Below, piece after piece: positions 12,301 to 22,648 of a DNA stretch of 64,000 nt. The DNA lies in contig NMRA01000017.1 of the NCBI GenBank assembly GCA_002633005.1, forward strand, positions 392,260 to 456,259. Direction: 5' to 3'. Position numbers and translations under genes: made by a program. Positions within the stretch are counted from its first letter, which is position 1; each line of letters starts with the position of its first letter. Below the pieces are notes generated by a model, which did not search any database, had not been told where the DNA came from, and worked only from the letters and a program-made list of their open reading frames with translations. The DNA comes from Phoronis australis. Lineage: Eukaryota; Animalia; Phoronida.

Positions 12301-15300
12301 TCTGTTTCCATGGTAACGTATTACCTTGATGGCAGTTAATTAACAGAAAATTAAAGCTGTCTGGTTGCAGCATTAGGTGCGGCTAGGTATTATCCCTCAC
12401 ACCTGAACAGATGTCATTGTGTATTAAACTCTATGGCAGCTTGGTAAACTTACTTGATATCTAATGTGAACCACTCCAATTGTGTGTTATGGAGTTACAC
12501 AGTATGTGTGAATTTCTTGACTGTGAATTGCACTCCGGTTGTGGTATATTTGTGACCAATAGTCAATAAACCGTACTCAAATAGAAATGTTTTGACATTT
12601 GCTAACAGGGCTGTGGGCCTTCTTAATTTCAACATTAGTTGAAAATCAATACAAGCTCTGTTTACTCCGTATATTTTTTCCAACGATTCAAAAGATTTGC
12701 TCTGCGCATGGATGATTCATTTAATTGCTTTTAATTTTGCATTTACCTTACTTATGCAGGTTATGGTTTTATAGAACCTTATCGACAAGACTTAGCATGA
12801 AGCAAAACATCTACAAAGCCGTAAACTTGTCAAAAGTGCATATTTTCCAACCTCTCATCAATTGGGTGACGCGATCATGTATTTTTAGTAATATTTAGCT
12901 AAAAAAGGTGTACTGATGGCAAAACAACGCTCGCAATAATGTGACTTAGGTTTTCATATGATGTAAATGTTCAAGATGAAATCTCGCCAAACTGTTACAG
13001 TTTTTCTAAGGTGTCATTGTGTTTTTGTTTCATGTAACGTAAATTTTGTTTCATGAAAATCCAAAAAATCCTATTTTTGATAAACTCCCATGCAAAAGTG
13101 AAAACAATTTCTAACTGCATGTTGCAGAACAGTGTATAAAGCATATTATACCACAATATTAGCGTCAAATGGCAGATACAACCGTGTAATAACCCATAAA
13201 GTTATCTCACTAGTGAGATAACGATTTGGCGGGAAACCGAGGACGGGGTCGAACCCGGGACCCTAATATTGCTGGTCTCCGACTTTAACCACTACACCAC
13301 GCAGCGACTGACGTCATCAAGTGTGAAAATAGAATACTTAAATGAGCACGCGCAATAATCGCACGTTCAACAAACCGCATTGTACNTGAAGCTATTAATA
13401 TTATCTGCAGCCTGTATCGATCTTTCGTGTACTCGGTGCAAAAATCTTATGAGACTGTTGAAAACTCACATTGTACAATAAAAAATAGAGACCCTTATGG
13501 AAAGTTCAATACATGTTTCCTAGTGCGCATTGTCTGAATGATGAATTTGCATGGCATTAGCTAGTACTTAATTAACAGTCATTATGATCAGACATGCATA
13601 ACAAATAGAGATGTACTGATAAATAAACGTGCAAACCAACGGAGCAGAGCTGGTTCATTTTTGACGCGTGTCCCTTCCTCCACGCTGATTTGATTTGCAT
13701 CGTTGGTTAATATTGTCAACTATATTGGTTGTGTTTTTGGTTGATGATGTCTTCATTATTAGTTCCTTATTGGTTTATATAACTTTATTGGTTGCATTAT
13801 TTATTTATATTGTCAACTTTATTCTGGGTTGCATTACACAGCCGTTCTTTTTTTTTCTGCTTACAGGAGTGTCCCACTGGAATAGTTAACGAGGAAAGTT
13901 TCAAAGAGATATATGCGCAATTCTTCCCACAAGGAGGTGAGTTGTATCTGTGGTGAACCTCACCTGACCTTTTGACCTCTGAGTGATCACGCTTAAGCGT
14001 TGTAACTTGTAACGTGTACATTACTGAACCATTACTATTCACTTGGGAATACATACAGAAACTGTCTATTAGATGGCATAAGAAATCATTGGACATTCAG
14101 GGCACATAATGGAAAGCAGAGTGTGATATGTTTTAAAGTCTAAAAACATTTCTATACGCCCACTCATTTAGATGTTGGCGTATTATGCCGTCATCCCTGT
14201 CTGTCCTGAGCATCTGCTCCAGTATCTCCAGCACTCTTGGATGCATGTTCATGAAATTTTGCAGGGATGGGATAGTATGAGTGAATTTTCAGATAGATCC
14301 GACTACCAGTGAGCTACCTACTGGCAATTTTTGTTTTTATGTTTACCTCTGTATCTTTGGGGCAAATAGGCATCCGTTAGTGATATGACGCCAACTTCTC
14401 GTTTCTGGATGGATTCGAGATATTTTGTGCATCCTAGTAGCCATTTTTACTGTTTTCTTGTCTGTTTTTTTGGTGTCTACTCCTATGTTAACCAAACCAC
14501 TGTAAGGATGGTTAAGAAAATCGACAGATATGTTCCTTCTATGAAGAGGATGGCTGACTGATGATGATTTTCACACAGCTCTGACTACTGTGGCACCTTC
14601 TAATGGCAGTTTTGTTTATACGTCCCTGACAGTATCTTCTAAACTCTCTGCAGGTTCTTTACTAAATTTGCCAAGTGTATTTATATGAAGTTGACAACCG
14701 ATGGAGCACAATGACTTTCCGGCTGAGCAAAGATGCCTTTATTCTGTCAGCCTTTAACATTTGCAACAGGTGTCCCAACTGAAGGGTCACTGTGTCCCAA
14801 CTGAAGGGTCACTGTGTCCCAACTGAAGGGTCACTGTGTNATGTTGGCGTATTATGCCGTCATCCCTGTCTGTCCTGAGCATCTGCTCCAGTATCTCCAG
14901 CACTCTTGGATGCATGTTCATGAAATTTTGCAGGGATGGGATAGTATGAGTGAATTTTCAGATAGATCCGACTACCAGTGAGCTACCTACTGGCAATTTT
15001 TGTTTTTATGTTTACCTCTGTATCTTTGGGGCAAATAGGCATCCGTTAGTGATATGACGCCAACTTCTCGTTTCTGGATGGATTTGAGATATTTTGTGCA
15101 TCCTAGTAGCCATTTTTACTGTTTTCTTGTCCATTTTTTGGTGTCTACTCCTATGTCCTACTGTAAGGATGGTTAAGAAAATCGACAGATGTGTTCCTTC
15201 TATGAAGAGGATGGCTGAGTGATGATGATTTTCACACAGCTCTGACTACTGTGGCACCTCCTAATGGCAGTTTTGTTTATACGTCCCTGACAGTATCTTC

Positions 15301-18300
15301 TAAACTCTCTGCAGGTTCTTTACTAAATTTGCCAAGTGTATTTATATGAAGTTGACAACCGATGGAGCACAATGACTTTCCGGCTGAGCAAAAATGCCTT
15401 TATTCTGTCAGCCTTTAACATTTGCAACAGGTGTCCCAACTGAAGGGTCACTGTGTCCCAACTGAAGGGTCACTGTGTCCCAACTGAAGGGTCACTGTGT
15501 ACCAACTGAAGGGTCACTGTGTCCCAACTGAAGGGTCACTGTGTCCCAACTGAAGGGTCACTGTGTCCCAACTGAAGGGTCACTGTTCACAAGTGTTGAG
15601 ATACTTTCGATGACTTGAGTGGCAGAGCAAAATTTACTATTAAAATATAAAATGAACTTTGAATTTTGGATTTGTTGTATGTTAGCCATTAAAGTGACAT
15701 AAATCTTATCGAAATTAGATTTTACTTGTAGTAATTGCAGAAGTTTTAATCAAATTACGGCAGCTGTGTGATCTTCAAAGGAAAAGGGTTGAAAGTCAAT
15801 CATGATCAATGCCAAAAAGATGGCAAGAGTTTGCGCAATATGTGTTCAAACTCAGTACTGGTCAGATAACAAGCTGGGGATTGTCGATGACTGATTTGAC
15901 AGTTGGGGGGGTCGTTGGGGAATTCATGGAAGTGTCATTGCAATGATTTGCTTTTGGCAAAGAGAGATTTTGTCTTTTCTTTCAAAAATTGCTCTAGTTC
16001 AGCTAAGTAATGTGTTAATTAATTAACTCCTCACCAAACTCATTTCTTTCAGATTCCAGTAGTTACGCTCATTTCGTCTTTAAAACATTTGACGTTGACA
16101 ACAATGGCTCTCTTAGTTTTGAGGTAAGAATATTTCCCTGTCTGTCATATATTCTGTTTGCTCAGTTAAAAACGTACTGAATGAACGAGAGACCTTTGCA
16201 AGTGTTGGAGAGTGTTGTGGGATGAATGACTTATGTATTCTTTGAACTCAGTTTTATGGGACTTGTGTAAGTGTAACTGCATTGGGAACAGAAGATCATG
16301 GATACTTGAAGGAGTGTATGTATGGTTAGAGTTAGGTGTGTGAACACCCAAACTAGTTGGAGTTGTAATTAGAAAGATTTTCATCTTCATAATTATAATT
16401 ACACAGTATTCTAGAGATTAGTTGGTTTGTTTAGACTTTATGTTTGTCACTCTGTTATAGTGGTCGATTCAAAACAGTTAAAGCACTGCCACCATCCTGG
16501 TCCGTTTTATGTTTTTTGTGATTGTTTAAGAACAAGCGTTATTTCTTTTGTTTTTTTACAAGTGTCAAATTTTAATGATTTATACGTAAAATGTACATAA
16601 TTTGGTAACAGTCATTCGTAATACATTTTGTAACATCAACCCATGCATACAGTAACACCAACCCATGCATACAGTAACACCAACCCATGCATACAGTAAC
16701 ACCAATCCATGCATACAGTAACACCAACCCATGCATACAGTAACACCAACCCATGCATACAGTAATACCAACCCATGCATACAGTAACACCAACCCATGC
16801 ATACAGTAACACCAATCCATGCATACAGTAATACCAACCCATGCATACAGTAACACCAACCCATTCATACAGTAATACCAACCCATGCATCATCCCATGC
16901 GTCTAATGACATCAAACCATACGTCTGGTTACATTTACCCATATATCTACTCTAAGTGGTTGGAGAAAAAACAAATGATAAAACAATTTCTCTCTGTTTT
17001 GCAGGAGTTTGTTACAGGCCTCTCAGTGCTATCTAGAGGCAATATAAATGATAAGTTACAATGGGCATTTAATTTATACGACATCAATGGAGATGGGATT
17101 GTGACCAGGGACGAGATGTTACAGATTGTGTCGGCCATTTATGATATGATGGGCAAGCACTCCGAGCCGGTCATTGATGAAACCACGGCTCGAAACCATG
17201 TGGACTTTGTCTTCCAGGTAATTTTTCATATTGTTCAATCGTCTTGTTTTTGGCTAGTTCCAAACATTAAATTATCATAATTTGTCTTCATCCTTCACGG
17301 TTTTCGCTATGCCTTTGATGAAAGTAAATAAATTATGACAAAAACTTCCTCCACCGCGCGTTTGAAAACTATTGTCTTTAACGGGACAATAAAATCAACA
17401 CAACACTTTTAGTCAGTTTCTATAGACACAGTAGAGTTAATCGTAACTTTATAGGCTGTGACAGTGTCAGCAGTGCTCATGTCTAGTGTATTGACACAGT
17501 TCATGAAACACAGAGCATTGAGTTTTGGCAGTTTTGACTTGAACTGGGTATATCTTGGCTTTTGTTGAATGCTTGTGAATGTCATGTGACAGATCGCCTG
17601 TACACAAGGCGTTACCTTACTTGTGTACTAATATCTATGTACTACACTGCCGTCCATCAACATTAATTACACTGCGTACATACACACACAGGAAGTGCTT
17701 TGTATTGCAGAAAATGGACTTGAACCATGATGGAGTCATCACCTATGAAGAGTTTATGGAGTCTTGCCGAAAGGTAATTTGAGTGTTCCATGCAGTAAGG
17801 CTGATTAAGTTCAGGAGTAACAGCACGAACGACCAAACTTGACGTAGCTGTAGTGTGATGAACAGAGATACCCACCATTCTGACGGTGTACTAGTCATTT
17901 GACTCGTGCCGTTATGTTAGTTGTCTAGTGGTCGCTTTGTCATTGTTGTTTGAATTTCAGTTGTCATAGTTTTGGTATCGTAGTCATTAGTGCTATATTT
18001 TTATTTTCTTGCTTTATTTGTGTTGCCAAGCAACTGTGACTGAGAACTCTTCTGAAATCTCTGTCTTGACAAATTACTTTTTACCATGTAGTGCAAACAA
18101 GACCAAGTGAATATCTCGTCAGTCGTTACTGACTGCACCATGCTGTGAGCCTCATTACTCAGAGTTTTGATGTGCTAAAAATGTGTTGAAAATGTTATTT
18201 AAGTTTCTAGTCTTTCACAAAATGTTGCATAACATTTTGCTTATACATCGTATTTTTGTTGGGCCTTCTTGATTGTGTTTCTTCATTTCAATAGTGTCTC

Positions 18301-21300
18301 ACGCACAATCGCTTTGACATCTTGCCGAGATTAGTTTACATTTGTTCTTCTCCCCCTGTAGGATAAAAACATAATGAATGGCCTTGTTATTTCCGACACG
18401 GCACTATGCGTCAGCGATAGCATGCCTAACTCACCAGCTGCAGCGGACACAAGAAACCTGCTGTTGCCAGCACAGCTTGGTGTTGCAGGACAACAGATCA
18501 ACCCCCTTACGCCCCCTGGTGCTGGTTTCCACAACAACAATATTCAAGACACTTTGGTTCCAATGACTTGAGTCCGACAACAACCCCATCTGGTGGCCAA
18601 ATGGGCCTTTTCTGTTGATTAATAAATTAAAAGTTCAATGTAACTTATTATAATATGTTTGTCTTTTGCATTTAACTTGTGTTGATTGTTCATCCTTGTG
18701 TGAGCTTTTTCCAAATGGAATTTTAACTAGACATTAACTTGTGTTCAACAAAGTTTAGCCATAGATTATGAGTCTTGTAAATGACTTAACTGTGATATGT
18801 GAAATCTATTTAAACTGTGTTTTGACTTTTTCTCCAGAATGGTTTTGCTGTTGCTAGTTTACTTGAAAACAATAAAAAATGTTTTTTCTGAAAGTTGTGA
18901 AGTGTACTACTCAACACTTATAAGTGTATCAAAACAATAAAATTATGTCAGAATTTTGAAATTTTGGTTAAACTTCAAGCAATAGTGGGTGAGCACCATG
19001 TGTTTGACAGATATTTATTTGATTTATGTTCAGAACAAATTTATATTTGTGTTTAGTGCACCATTCATCAGCCTCCAGTGCCCAGGTACATTCAAGATCA
19101 TTCATTGGGCAGTATGAAAATTTATTACAGTGAAGTATGACTGTATTAAGTGTCCAGTGATATGTACTTAAGTTGGAAATGACAGTAGTGGAATAAGCTA
19201 TGTAATGTTGTGGCCATCCCAGACATCTTAAGTATGTTTCTAGTGTAGATGAATTAAGTATACGTCTGTGAATAACTTCCTTGTCAAGTTGACACTGATA
19301 TTTCTCACACCTGCATGTTGTCTTCTTAATATTAATTTGTGCTAACGGCATCCTGTCTTTCTTTTGACAGCTTGGTTTCCTAAGTAGCAGTTTTGTCTTT
19401 ACAGCTTGGATTCCTGAGTAGCACAGTTCTGTCTTTACAGCTCAGTGTTCAGTTCATTTTACACAGTTTGTTGTTCGCGGCTCTCTGTCCACAGTTCACT
19501 CTACACAGTTCACTGTACACAGGTCATTCAGTAGACAATTCATTACACACAGTTTGTTCTACACAGCTCGCTGTACACACACTTTACATACTTCATTCTA
19601 CACAGTTTGCTGTAGCAGCTTGTGCACAGTTCACTCTACACAGTTTACTGTACACTAGACAATTGCTGTAGCAGTTGGCAAAACACAGCTTGCTGTGCAC
19701 TGTTGTACAGTTCCTTGCACAGCTGGGTGTACACACTTCACTGTGGGCAGTTATAGGTTCATTAATCTGAGTTTTGAGTCAAAAAGATTTCTGAGAACAG
19801 AGTTTGTGTCAGTTTTGGTGACTATTCTTCTGCAGTGAAGGGTCACATCTTCCACCATGATTCAGGCTTCTGTTGATCTCCAACCTCAGCTCACCAGCCA
19901 GGTGTAGCTGGTTCAGGAGCAAGGGAGATTGCATCTAGTGTTTCTGTGACATTCTAAAAATGTCTGAGAGAAATATAAATTTGTAACTTAAAAAGCTGCA
20001 TTTCACCTTGTTTAGGTGGCTAAGATACGAAAATCGAATTGGCCCTTTTACTTTCATAGCATCGTTCGCTAAATTTTACTCACCTGGTAGGACGTTTTTG
20101 CTGTTACTAATAAGAACATACAATCCTTGAAAATGTCGGAAAACTTCATAAAATCGTCAATTTTGGGTACGTGTTGCTCAACCCTGAAATTCAAAGAAGA
20201 CGCGCGGGGACTTTCATTTAGTCAAAATAAGCCCCTTGAATCGGACCACACATCGCTGATCCAAAAGAGGTTAAGAAATTGAAATATGTTTAAGGCAAGC
20301 TAGCCCTCCCCCGCGGTTCACACATGGAAAAATATACAGTCTGTGGCAAAGAAAAAAGAAATTTTCAAGTTAGTAATTTGTATAAAGGTTGTAAAGAGTG
20401 GGTAATTTGGTAGAAGTTACCATGCAAGTTACTAATTGTGCATAAATTACGCTAATTAGCCCATTTCAAGAAACAAGTCTGACTTTCAGTCACGCGACAG
20501 CTAAACATGGTGCAATGTGGCGTTGATTTATAATTGTTTTCTCAGGTATTACCATGACTATAAGGTCTTTGCCTGGAGGTGTCTGGGTTTCAATAAATTT
20601 GTCGTAATCTTGTGTGTCGACATCATCATCTCTTACTGTGAACCCCTTCTGCTATGTAACCTTTAAATTGCCAGGGGTCACTGAGATTTTCGACTATGTG
20701 ATATTATGAAATGAAGCTAACATCTCTACTTCCTACTTGTATATTTGAACTGTCTCTTTATATTTAAAGATATATTTTTAAGGTGCCAGTGATAGCTATT
20801 GCCAATTTCAGTTCTCATCAGTGAGGCACAGGATTTAATCTTCTCCCTAAGAACAACTTAACCTCGGAATCAGTATGACCCTGTGCAAAAAAAGCATGGG
20901 CAGCCAAATTGCATTTGGTCGATTACAGGAGTTCTCGGTCCTATGACGTCATCTAGTACAAAACGAACGTACTTTTAAAACTGAACCTGGCATTGCTGCT
21001 GGCGGTTACTGATTGGCAAGTTGTTAGTACTCGAGTCTACTCGACGTTTGGGCTGGAAGCTTCTTGACTTTACATTCAATGTTTGTACAATGAAATACAC
21101 GTGTATCTCTTTGTTAATAAAACTCGTAGTTACCAAGTTGTGGGTTTTCATTATTGTTTTTTCTGAGTGCGCAGTTTTACCAAGCAAAAGTGCTCAATTT
21201 TAAATAATGCTGTTGGTTATGTTATGAAAAGATCAAATGTACAGATGTATGGCGGTCACGATGCGTCTATAAACTTCAATGACGGTAAGCCTCTGAGTTA

Positions 21301-22648
21301 ATACCGGCAACCATGTCACGTATTCAAGGATGAATCCGAAAAGGCAAAATACCAACGCAGCACGCGCCTTAATGATAACCCCTTCAATGGGAGAGATCCC
21401 ATCAACTCTAACCCATTACGCCTACCGATCCCGTTTTATTGGATTGGCTTTATAACCAATGTTAAGACGTCAAGTGTTCCATTATGGAAGGATCTCGTGG
21501 TTTCGGCTTTCCACATTATTAACCTAAACGCCCCCAACCATTCACACAGTTCAGCTTTGAAAGACTGGAGACAAGCATGCAATGCCTGCACTGTCAGGTT
21601 CTTTTTATTAATCCTGTCCAGCATCTTTGAATTTACTGCTCTTTTCCATATTTTACTGCACGTTTCCACACTTTTTACCTCTCTTCTCCAGACTTGTGCA
21701 CTTCAGTCAACTTAACCATATTTTTAATTCTTGGCCAACAAAATGTGAGCCGTTTGACGGTACAAACACAGACCTGGTTGGTTCGGTCGCGAAGAGCTAG
21801 AGTTGGCCAGGCTATTTTTGTCTTTAATATGTTTCCTATTTTTCATGCTAGTTGTCTCGACACTTGTCATATTTGAAGTATGGTCTGAGGCCAATCGACA
21901 GTTGAATTATACTATCCCTCATTTAACCAACACGTTACTTTATCAATAAATTTATTAGTTTCACGTTCTTTCGAGTCGTTGATGTCAAGCCAGACATCTT
22001 CAGCGTTACACACCCACGATATAACACAACAGAAGATATTTTATTGTATCAACCCTTTTTGTCAGTGCGCAGAGGAGTAGTCTAGTCTTGATTTTATAAT
22101 TCATTCACTACAGTGGTCCGACGACTGGAATATCTTGAAAAACATGTCACCATTTCCGAACTCGCAAGGGGGGCTGGTCAACCCTAAAAAATTGAATACT
22201 TTTTTGTTCCTTATGTTCTCGACGTCCTTGTTGGTAACAAGCTTAATTCGACTTTTGTTTGTAGACAGCTAAATAGGGACCGCGAAAAGTAGCATTTAAA
22301 GTTCATTTAGAAAACACAAGCTGATACTGTAGTTCATTATGGGAAACCCTACAAAACGTAAATAACTATAAAAGAGGCGAATAGGACTGTATTTGGGACG
22401 TTTTTCAAATATAGGCACATCTACCTCATATGCGCCAGTACTTTTGGTGGAAATTCCGGGTGATATATGAATAGGATCGCTAATCATGGCACAGCGGCAA
22501 CTGAAAATAGTGTTCGGGTGGATTCAGTTTCACGAGGCAAATTGATTAAACCCATTTACAGTTAGATTGAGAATCTTTTTTTTTCTTTTTACAGGACGAC
22601 AGTGTTACAAAGATAATGGCTAGTAACGCGTTCGACACCGTACTTTGA
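320..22648 (+). CDS. KCNIP: Kv channel-interacting protein (KChIP, neuronal calcium sensor family), spliced gene
   Basis: join(320-359,11097-11221,13867-13936,16053-16123,17005-17217,17711-17773,22595-22648) is in frame and gives 211 aa; alternative last exon 18362-18571 gives 263 aa. KChIP motifs [64 protein letters not shown]. All junctions GT-AG. First and last exons are less certain than the core. Confidence 0.93.
1773..3342 (+). mobile_element. Non-autonomous hAT-type DNA transposon, 1.57 kb, 6-bp TSD
   Basis: 13-bp TIRs CAAGGCTTCGAAT...ATTCCAAGCCTTG (1 mismatch); exact flanking CAGATA at 1767-1772 and 3343-3348; CCGCGG-rich left end shared with the element at 49054. Confidence 0.85.
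5002..5180 (+). mobile_element. Degenerate THAP-like zinc-finger remnant, probably from a DNA transposon
   Basis: [12 protein letters not shown]...[10 protein letters not shown]....WHKFV...R...ICS follows THAP spacing (CxxxxC, F-P, W, CSxH) with the first Cys and final His corrupted. Confidence 0.4.
6237..6427. repeat. Degenerate ~60-bp tandem repeat, about 3 copies
   Basis: tttgagctagg...cagataacttcct...gggg units at 6237, 6302 and 6360; ends at an N (6428). Confidence 0.75.
8646..8718 (+). CDS. KChIP candidate alternative first exon 1b ([24 protein letters not shown])
   Basis: Open frame ending CCA G|GTTTGT, phase 1, joining 11097 as GAC (Asp). No homology recognised. Confidence 0.3.
8889..9223. 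repeat. Long imperfect inverted repeat (foldback/MITE-like)
   Basis: ttattctcataaagtc..ctcataacatt..gttaccaact pairs with agttggtaac..aatgttatgag..gactttatgagaataa; outer arms tgccattt..ttagttaca and tgtaactaa..aaatggca; loop of about 30 nt. Confidence 0.8.
10256..10345. mobile_element. Small MITE-like element
   Basis: CATGGGCGGCGCA...TGCACCGCTCATG inverted ends (2 mismatches), internal palindrome ggagggctatagccctcc; TSD imperfect. Confidence 0.45.
11097..11221 (+). CDS. KCNIP: KChIP core exon ([41 protein letters not shown])
   Basis: ttttttgcag acceptor, gtgagt donor, 125 nt, KChIP signature sequence. Confidence 0.95.
13234..13310 (-). pseudogene. tRNA-like Pol III A/B-box sequence (tRNA pseudogene or repeat head)
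   Basis: Minus strand has A box TGGTGTAGTGG and B box GGTTCGACCCC, but no acceptor stem or anticodon stem pairing. Confidence 0.6.
13867..13936 (+). CDS. KCNIP: KChIP exon, EF-hand 1 ([23 protein letters not shown])
   Basis: ttacag acceptor, gtgagt donor, 70 nt; CPxG motif of the non-binding NCS EF-1. Confidence 0.95.
14172..15430 (+). mobile_element. Interspersed repeat with recurring internal units (Helentron/DINE-1-like), present twice across an N
   Basis: Starts ttatgccgtcatccctgtc, as at 55565; internal motif actactgtggcacc..tggca also occurs near 33215 (minus) and 55705. Family assignment is inference. Confidence 0.55.
14770..14839. repeat. 22-bp minisatellite, 3 copies, cut by an N
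   Basis: gtgtcccaactgaagggtcact repeated. Confidence 0.9.
15431..15586. repeat. 22-bp minisatellite, 7 copies
   Basis: gtgtcccaactgaagggtcact head-to-tail, no spacers. Confidence 0.95.
16053..16123 (+). CDS. KCNIP: KChIP exon, EF-hand 2 ([23 protein letters not shown])
   Basis: tttcag acceptor, gtaaga donor, 71 nt, EF loop [11 protein letters not shown](E). Confidence 0.95.
16637..16890. repeat. 22-bp minisatellite, about 11.5 copies
   Basis: caacccatgcatacagtaacac; source of the three repetitive minus-strand ORFs. Confidence 0.95.
17005..17217 (+). CDS. KCNIP: KChIP exon, EF-hand 3 ([12 protein letters not shown]...[12 protein letters not shown]...HVDFVFQ)
   Basis: ttttgcag acceptor, gtaatt donor, 213 nt; lies inside ORF 16885..17280. 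Confidence 0.96.
17711..17773 (+). CDS. KCNIP: KChIP exon, EF-hand 4 ([21 protein letters not shown])
   Basis: ttgcag acceptor, gtaatt donor, 63 nt. Confidence 0.95.
18362..18571 (+). CDS. KCNIP: KChIP proximal terminal exon ([15 protein letters not shown] plus 54-aa tail)
   Basis: Pyrimidine tract ttcttctccccctgtag, phase 0; DKNIM matches the KChIP C-terminal helix start (DENIM); AATAAA at 18621, 18871 and 18936. Confidence 0.75.
   Translation, partial: DKNIMNGLVISDTALCVSDSMPNSPAAADTRNLLLPAQLGVAGQQINPLTPPGAGFHNNNIQDTLVPMT
19365..19745. repeat. Degenerate short tandem repeat (acagttcactctac-like)
   Basis: Recurrent acacagtt/cactgtacac units of about 14-16 bp. Confidence 0.7.
22595..22648 (+). 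CDS. KCNIP: KChIP distal terminal exon ([17 protein letters not shown])
   Basis: Very strong T-rich acceptor ending ttttcttttacag, phase 0, 17 codons then TGA; the F-D-T-V-L-stop ending parallels vertebrate KChIP FENVI-stop. Confidence 0.75.
   Translation, partial: DDSVTKIMASNAFDTVL

Noticed and set aside
12304-12317. Perfect RFX X-box GTTTCCATGGTAAC
   Set aside because: Deep in an intron within repeat-like sequence, with no nearby promoter evidence.
13234-13310. Functional tRNA gene (also considered at 53545-53620)
   Set aside because: A and B boxes are present but stems do not pair; the second case is a SINE head with TSDs.
13695-13889. Hydrophobic ORF as a KChIP transmembrane (KISD-like) N-terminus
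   Set aside because: T-rich intron sequence upstream of an acceptor, out of frame with the exon and downstream of core exon 11097.
15431-16890. 22-bp repeat arrays as possible CRISPR arrays, and their repetitive ORFs (16572-16893)
   Set aside because: Head-to-tail units with no unique spacers, no cas genes, intronic in a eukaryotic gene.
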